Source: Bdellovibrionales bacterium (lineage in GTDB: Bacteria > Bdellovibrionota > Bdellovibrionia > Bdellovibrionales > UBA1609). Taken from it: a stretch of DNA of 64,000 nt. The notes beneath the pieces are model-generated. The model was not told where the DNA came from and made no database searches. It saw only the letters and a list, made by a program, of their open reading frames with translations. A program made the position numbers and the translations under genes. Positions 60,471-64,000 of the stretch are shown in pieces. The stretch spans positions 128,001 through 192,000 of the forward strand of contig CBDBIB010000002.1 in NCBI GenBank assembly GCA_965205945.1. Reading direction: 5' to 3'. Position 1 is the first letter of the stretch; each line of letters starts with the position of its first letter.

Positions 60471-61901
60471 TTGGTGAGTAGAGAAATCATTAGATACAAG
60501 TCTATTGGTGAGCCACTAATCCCAAGTGTTCTAAGGGGTTTAGAAAAAGATCTAGAACCACAAGGTCTTTTTGTGTCTACTTATGGTTGTCAGATGAACA
60601 CTAATGATAGTGAGCGTATAATTTTTCTTTTAGAGTTGATGAATTATACTCAAGTTTTAACTCCTGGGCAGGCAAGTTTAATTATTATAAACTCGTGTTC
60701 AGTAAGAGAAAAACCTGTTCATAAGGTTCAGTCTGAAGTCGGTAGATATAGGAAATTAAAAGATAAAAATCCTAATTTAAAAATTGGAGTTGTTGGTTGT
60801 GTGGCTCAACAAGAAAAAGATAAACTTTTAAAAACCCTACCCCTTTTAGACTTTGTCCTAGGGCCAGACAATATAGATTCTCTTCCTAAAATCATATCAG
60901 ATATGAATAAGGCAGGAGATAACTACAGTAGAATAAATGCAGCTAAATTTAAGCATCAAGAACCTTATCACGTTCAAACTTTAGTAAGAAACACTGGAGT
61001 GTCAACTTTTGTGAACATAACTAAAGGTTGTGATAACTTTTGTACTTTTTGTGTAGTTCCTTATACAAGGGGACGTGAACGTAGTAGGCCTTATGCTCAT
61101 TTAGTTGATGATATAAATAATCTTGTTAAAAAAGGTGTTAAAGAAGTTACTTTACTTGGTCAGAATGTAAATTCATATGAGTGTGAGACTGGAGTGAATT
61201 TTGCAAATCTTTTAAAGGGCTTGTCAAAGGACACAGGTGTTCAGCGTATTAGGTATACAACAAGTCATCCTAAAGATTTTTCAGATGAACTTATTCAAGT
61301 TTTAAAAAAATACAAAGATAAAATTCCTGAATATATTCATTTACCCGTACAATCAGGAAGTTCTACAGTTTTAAAAAATATGAATAGAGGCTATACAAGA
61401 GAACACTATTTAAATATTGTTAAACAGATTAAAAAGCAAATTCCTCAGGTTTCTTTGTCTACAGATATTATTATAGGTTTTCCGGGAGAAACTGAGGCGC
61501 AGTTTAAAGAAACCCTCTCGTTATTAGAAGAGGTTGGATTTGAGGTAGTTTATGCTTTTAAATATAGTCGACGACCTTTTACTAAAGCAGCAAAGTTTCA
61601 TAGTCAAATTCCTGAAAATATTCAAAAAGAAAGACTTAAAAGGCTATTTACCCTTCAAAGCTTTATAGCCGAGAAGGTTTTTAAAAGATATTTAAATCAA
61701 ACATGTAGTGTGCTAGTAGAAGGTAAGGATTTAGGAACTGGTTTTTACAAAGGCAGAAATCCACAGAATAAAATGGTTTATTTTAAATCCTTGCAAAACT
61801 GCTTAGATGTTGATCTAACAGGGAAAACGGTTTTTGTTAAAATCACAAAAATTATGAGATCTACTCTTAGAGGTGAAATAGTATCTGGGGAAATGAATTG
61901 A
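60471..61901 (+). CDS. miaB: tRNA-2-methylthio-N6-dimethylallyladenosine synthase
   Basis: TYGCQMN..DSE, CSVREK, GCVAQ, radical SAM motif CDNFCTFC, TRAM domain. Confidence 0.95.
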   Translation: MVSREIIRYKSIGEPLIPSVLRGLEKDLEPQGLFVSTYGCQMNTNDSERIIFLLELMNYTQVLTPGQASLIIINSCSVREKPVHKVQSEVGRYRKLKDKNPNLKIGVVGCVAQQEKDKLLKTLPLLDFVLGPDNIDSLPKIISDMNKAGDNYSRINAAKFKHQEPYHVQTLVRNTGVSTFVNITKGCDNFCTFCVVPYTRGRERSRPYAHLVDDINNLVKKGVKEVTLLGQNVNSYECETGVNFANLLKGLSKDTGVQRIRYTTSHPKDFSDELIQVLKKYKDKIPEYIHLPVQSGSSTVLKNMNRGYTREHYLNIVKQIKKQIPQVSLSTDIIIGFPGETEAQFKETLSLLEEVGFEVVYAFKYSRRPFTKAAKFHSQIPENIQKERLKRLFTLQSFIAEKVFKRYLNQTCSVLVEGKDLGTGFYKGRNPQNKMVYFKSLQNCLDVDLTGKTVFVKITKIMRSTLRGEIVSGEMN

Positions 61902-62377
61902 TGATTGAACAGGTAAAAATTATACCTCAAACTTTTGCTCTTGATGAAAAAACTCAACAAGGGTTGGTTGTATTTGAAACTATTCAAGAAAAAACTAAGT
62001 TTTCTGTTTATTTAAATGAAAGTATTGAGGTGGGTTTGTTTTTAAAAGAGGCTTTTAAAAGGCAAGAATCTGGTTTTGCTCTTTCTAAAAAAATTTTTGA
62101 ATCTTTAGGGTACAGGCTAGATAAAGGGGTTATAAATGAGCTTGATGGAGAGCAGGAAAAAATTATTATTGTTTTAAAAGGCGTTGATAAGCTTTTAAAA
62201 AAAGTTCAAGTGAGTATGTTAGAGTTATTGGGGATGTGGACGCTAGAAAACTTTCCTATGTTTGCAAGCACAAAGTTTATTGAAAATTGTAGAGATATTA
62301 AAGTTAAACTTAAAGAAACATCAAAACCTTTGAAAAAAGATTTATATAAAAGATATGGTCAAAAATATTTGATGTAG
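61898..62377 (+). CDS. Hypothetical protein, possibly a divergent DUF151/bifunctional-nuclease-like domain
   Basis: Overlaps the miaB stop; size and position match the common miaB-DUF151 pairing, but motifs are weak. Confidence 0.45.
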   Translation: MMIEQVKIIPQTFALDEKTQQGLVVFETIQEKTKFSVYLNESIEVGLFLKEAFKRQESGFALSKKIFESLGYRLDKGVINELDGEQEKIIIVLKGVDKLLKKVQVSMLELLGMWTLENFPMFASTKFIENCRDIKVKLKETSKPLKKDLYKRYGQKYLM

Positions 62378-62393
62378 AAAAGGGAGTTTAAGC

Positions 62394-62933
62394 TTGTTGC
62401 ATTTAACAAAAAAGCCAGAAGTTAAAAAATCTTGCTTTATCGCGCCTTCAGCGCATCTTTGTGGCGCTGTAACTTTAGGGGAAAATTCCTCAGTTTGGTT
62501 TCAATGTGTTTTAAGAGCGGACGTGATGCCAATTACAGTAGGTGACAATACTAATATTCAGGATGGATCAATTGTTCACGGGAGTCTTAATAAGGCTCAA
62601 ACAATCATTGGAAGTGGTGTGACTATTGGACATAAAGTAATACTGCATGGTTGTAAAATTGAAAATGATTGTATTATCGGTATGGGAGCTATAATTATGG
62701 ATAATGCTGTTATTTCTAAAAATTGTATTGTTGGTGCTGGAGCTTTAGTTACTGAAAATTCCACATTTGAAGAAAAAATGCTTATTCTTGGCTCACCAGC
62801 TAAACAAGTTAGAAAACTTAAAGAGAGTGAGCTTTCTTGGATTGAATCTAATGCTAGACACTATATACGTTATTCAAGATCGTATATGACAGGAACTGAC
62901 CTAGAAGCTTACGAGGAAAAAAATGAAAGTTAA
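62394..62933 (+). CDS. Gamma carbonic anhydrase family protein
   Basis: SSVWF..VLRAD, NIQDGSIVH, TIGH..ILHGC hexapeptide repeats. Confidence 0.92.
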   Translation: MLHLTKKPEVKKSCFIAPSAHLCGAVTLGENSSVWFQCVLRADVMPITVGDNTNIQDGSIVHGSLNKAQTIIGSGVTIGHKVILHGCKIENDCIIGMGAIIMDNAVISKNCIVGAGALVTENSTFEEKMLILGSPAKQVRKLKESELSWIESNARHYIRYSRSYMTGTDLEAYEEKNES

Positions 62934-64000
62934 AAAAGGGCTAACATTTGATGATATACTTTTAGTGCCACAGTACTCCGATACTATTCCAGTATCTATT
63001 AACCCTTCTACTCATTTTGCAAGAGATGTTTATTTAAACATTCCATTAATTTCAGCGGCCATGGATACAGTAACTGAAAGTAGAGTTGCTCAAGTTATGG
63101 CTCAAATGGGAGGACTGGGAATTATTCATAAAAATCTTTCCATTGAGTCTCAGGCTTTTGAAGTTGAACGGGTGAAGAAATATGAAAGTGGTATGATTCA
63201 AGAGCCCATAACTCTTGCTCCAGATGTGCTTGTAAGCGATGCACTTATGGTTATGAAAAAGTATTCAATTAGTGGAGTTCCTATAACAGTAAATAGAAAA
63301 CTTGTAGGAATTTTAACAAACAGGGATTTAAGATTTGAAACAAATATAGAACAGCCTATTTCTCAAATAATGACTAAAGAAAATGTAGTAACAGCAAAAG
63401 AGGGGACAACTTTAGAGGAGGCAAAAAAAGTTTTACAAAAACATAGAATTGAAAAGCTTCCTGTTGTTGATGATGCTGGCAATTTATGCGGTCTTATTAC
63501 TATTAAAGATATTGAAAAATCTATTACATATCCAAACGCAACAAAAGACTCTTATGGGAGATTATTGGTAGGAGCAGCCTTAGATGTTAGTCATGGTGGT
63601 ATTAAAAGAGCAGAAGCCTTAATTGCGTCAGGTTGTGATGTTATAGTTATAGATACAGCTCATGGACATTCTAAAAATGTTTTAAATTCTGTAAAAGAAA
63701 TAAGATTAAAATTTAAGGATTTAATAATAGTTGCTGGAAATGTTGTGACTCCTGAAGCCACAGAGGCTTTAATTCATGCAGGTGCTGATGTGGTTAAAGT
63801 TGGTGTAGGTTCAGGAAGTATATGCACAACAAGAGTTATTTCTGGCGTGGGGCTTCCTCAGGTATCAGCTGTTTATGAATGTGCAAAGGCTGCAAAAAAG
63901 TTAGGAAAAACTATTATTTCAGATGGTGGATCAAAATTTTCAGGAGATGTTGTAAAGGCTTTAGCTGTGGGCGCAAATACTGTAATGCTTGGTAGTATGC
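62923..64000 (+). CDS. guaB: IMP dehydrogenase (runs off the window end)
   Basis: Manual translation from ATG 62923: MKVKKGLTFDDILLVPQYS...ISAAMDTVTE...GIIHKN...CBS pair...DTAHGHS...GSGSICTTR. Confidence 0.96.
   Translation, partial: MKVKKGLTFDDILLVPQYSDTIPVSINPSTHFARDVYLNIPLISAAMDTVTESRVAQVMAQMGGLGIIHKNLSIESQAFEVERVKKYESGMIQEPITLAPDVLVSDALMVMKKYSISGVPITVNRKLVGILTNRDLRFETNIEQPISQIMTKENVVTAKEGTTLEEAKKVLQKHRIEKLPVVDDAGNLCGLITIKDIEKSITYPNATKDSYGRLLVGAALDVSHGGIKRAEALIASGCDVIVIDTAHGHSKNVLNSVKEIRLKFKDLIIVAGNVVTPEATEALIHAGADVVKVGVGSGSICTTRVISGVGLPQVSAVYECAKAAKKLGKTIISDGGSKFSGDVVKALAVGANTVMLGSM

Noticed and set aside
3644..61987. Short ORFs overlapping longer genes (e.g. 3644-3859, 5553-5804, 14031-14282, 19000-19320, 28985-29344, 32910-33239, 49751-54148 minus-strand set, 58185-58613)
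   Set aside because: They are antisense or alternate-frame shadows of well-supported genes; the repeated ones simply mirror the 963-bp repeat.

Overview
AT-rich bacterial chromosomal segment. Gene content points to a Bdellovibrionota-like organism (inference from the mevalonate operon, MAT-type fibre protein and T2SS). Most of it is housekeeping: rplT (3' end), fni-mvaA-PMK-mvaD-mvk, trmH, pheST-ihfA-merR, an M16 peptidase pair, rph-rdgB, nupC-phoX, pdxJ, a PhoB/PhoR-like pair, mgtE, greA, a split T2SS (gspHIJK and gspCDEFG), maf, lgt, scoAB-thiolase, an H1-like protein, miaB, a gamma-CA and guaB (5' part). The most interesting region is a ~9 kb island (47.1-56.0 kb) around a 2311-aa fibre/adhesin gene. 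Its shaft has ~963-bp tandem modules. Its tip has eleven 75-bp BspA/DUF285-type repeats that differ only by non-synonymous changes at 7 of 25 codons. Upstream lie an orphan degenerate copy of the tip cassette and a 554-bp segment bounded by 43-bp inverted repeats, and two oppositely oriented IS982 remnants bracket the island. Together these suggest a variable, possibly phase-variable adhesin locus. Also found: an unannotated sigma54-type small RNA candidate (22994-23096), a 177-codon gene with an apparent ATC start missed by the ORF track, an NlpC/P60-like secreted protein with a possible partner gene, and two -1 frameshifts in A/T runs (fni, gspH) that may be assembly errors. No tRNA, rRNA, CRISPR array, reverse transcriptase or recombinase was seen.
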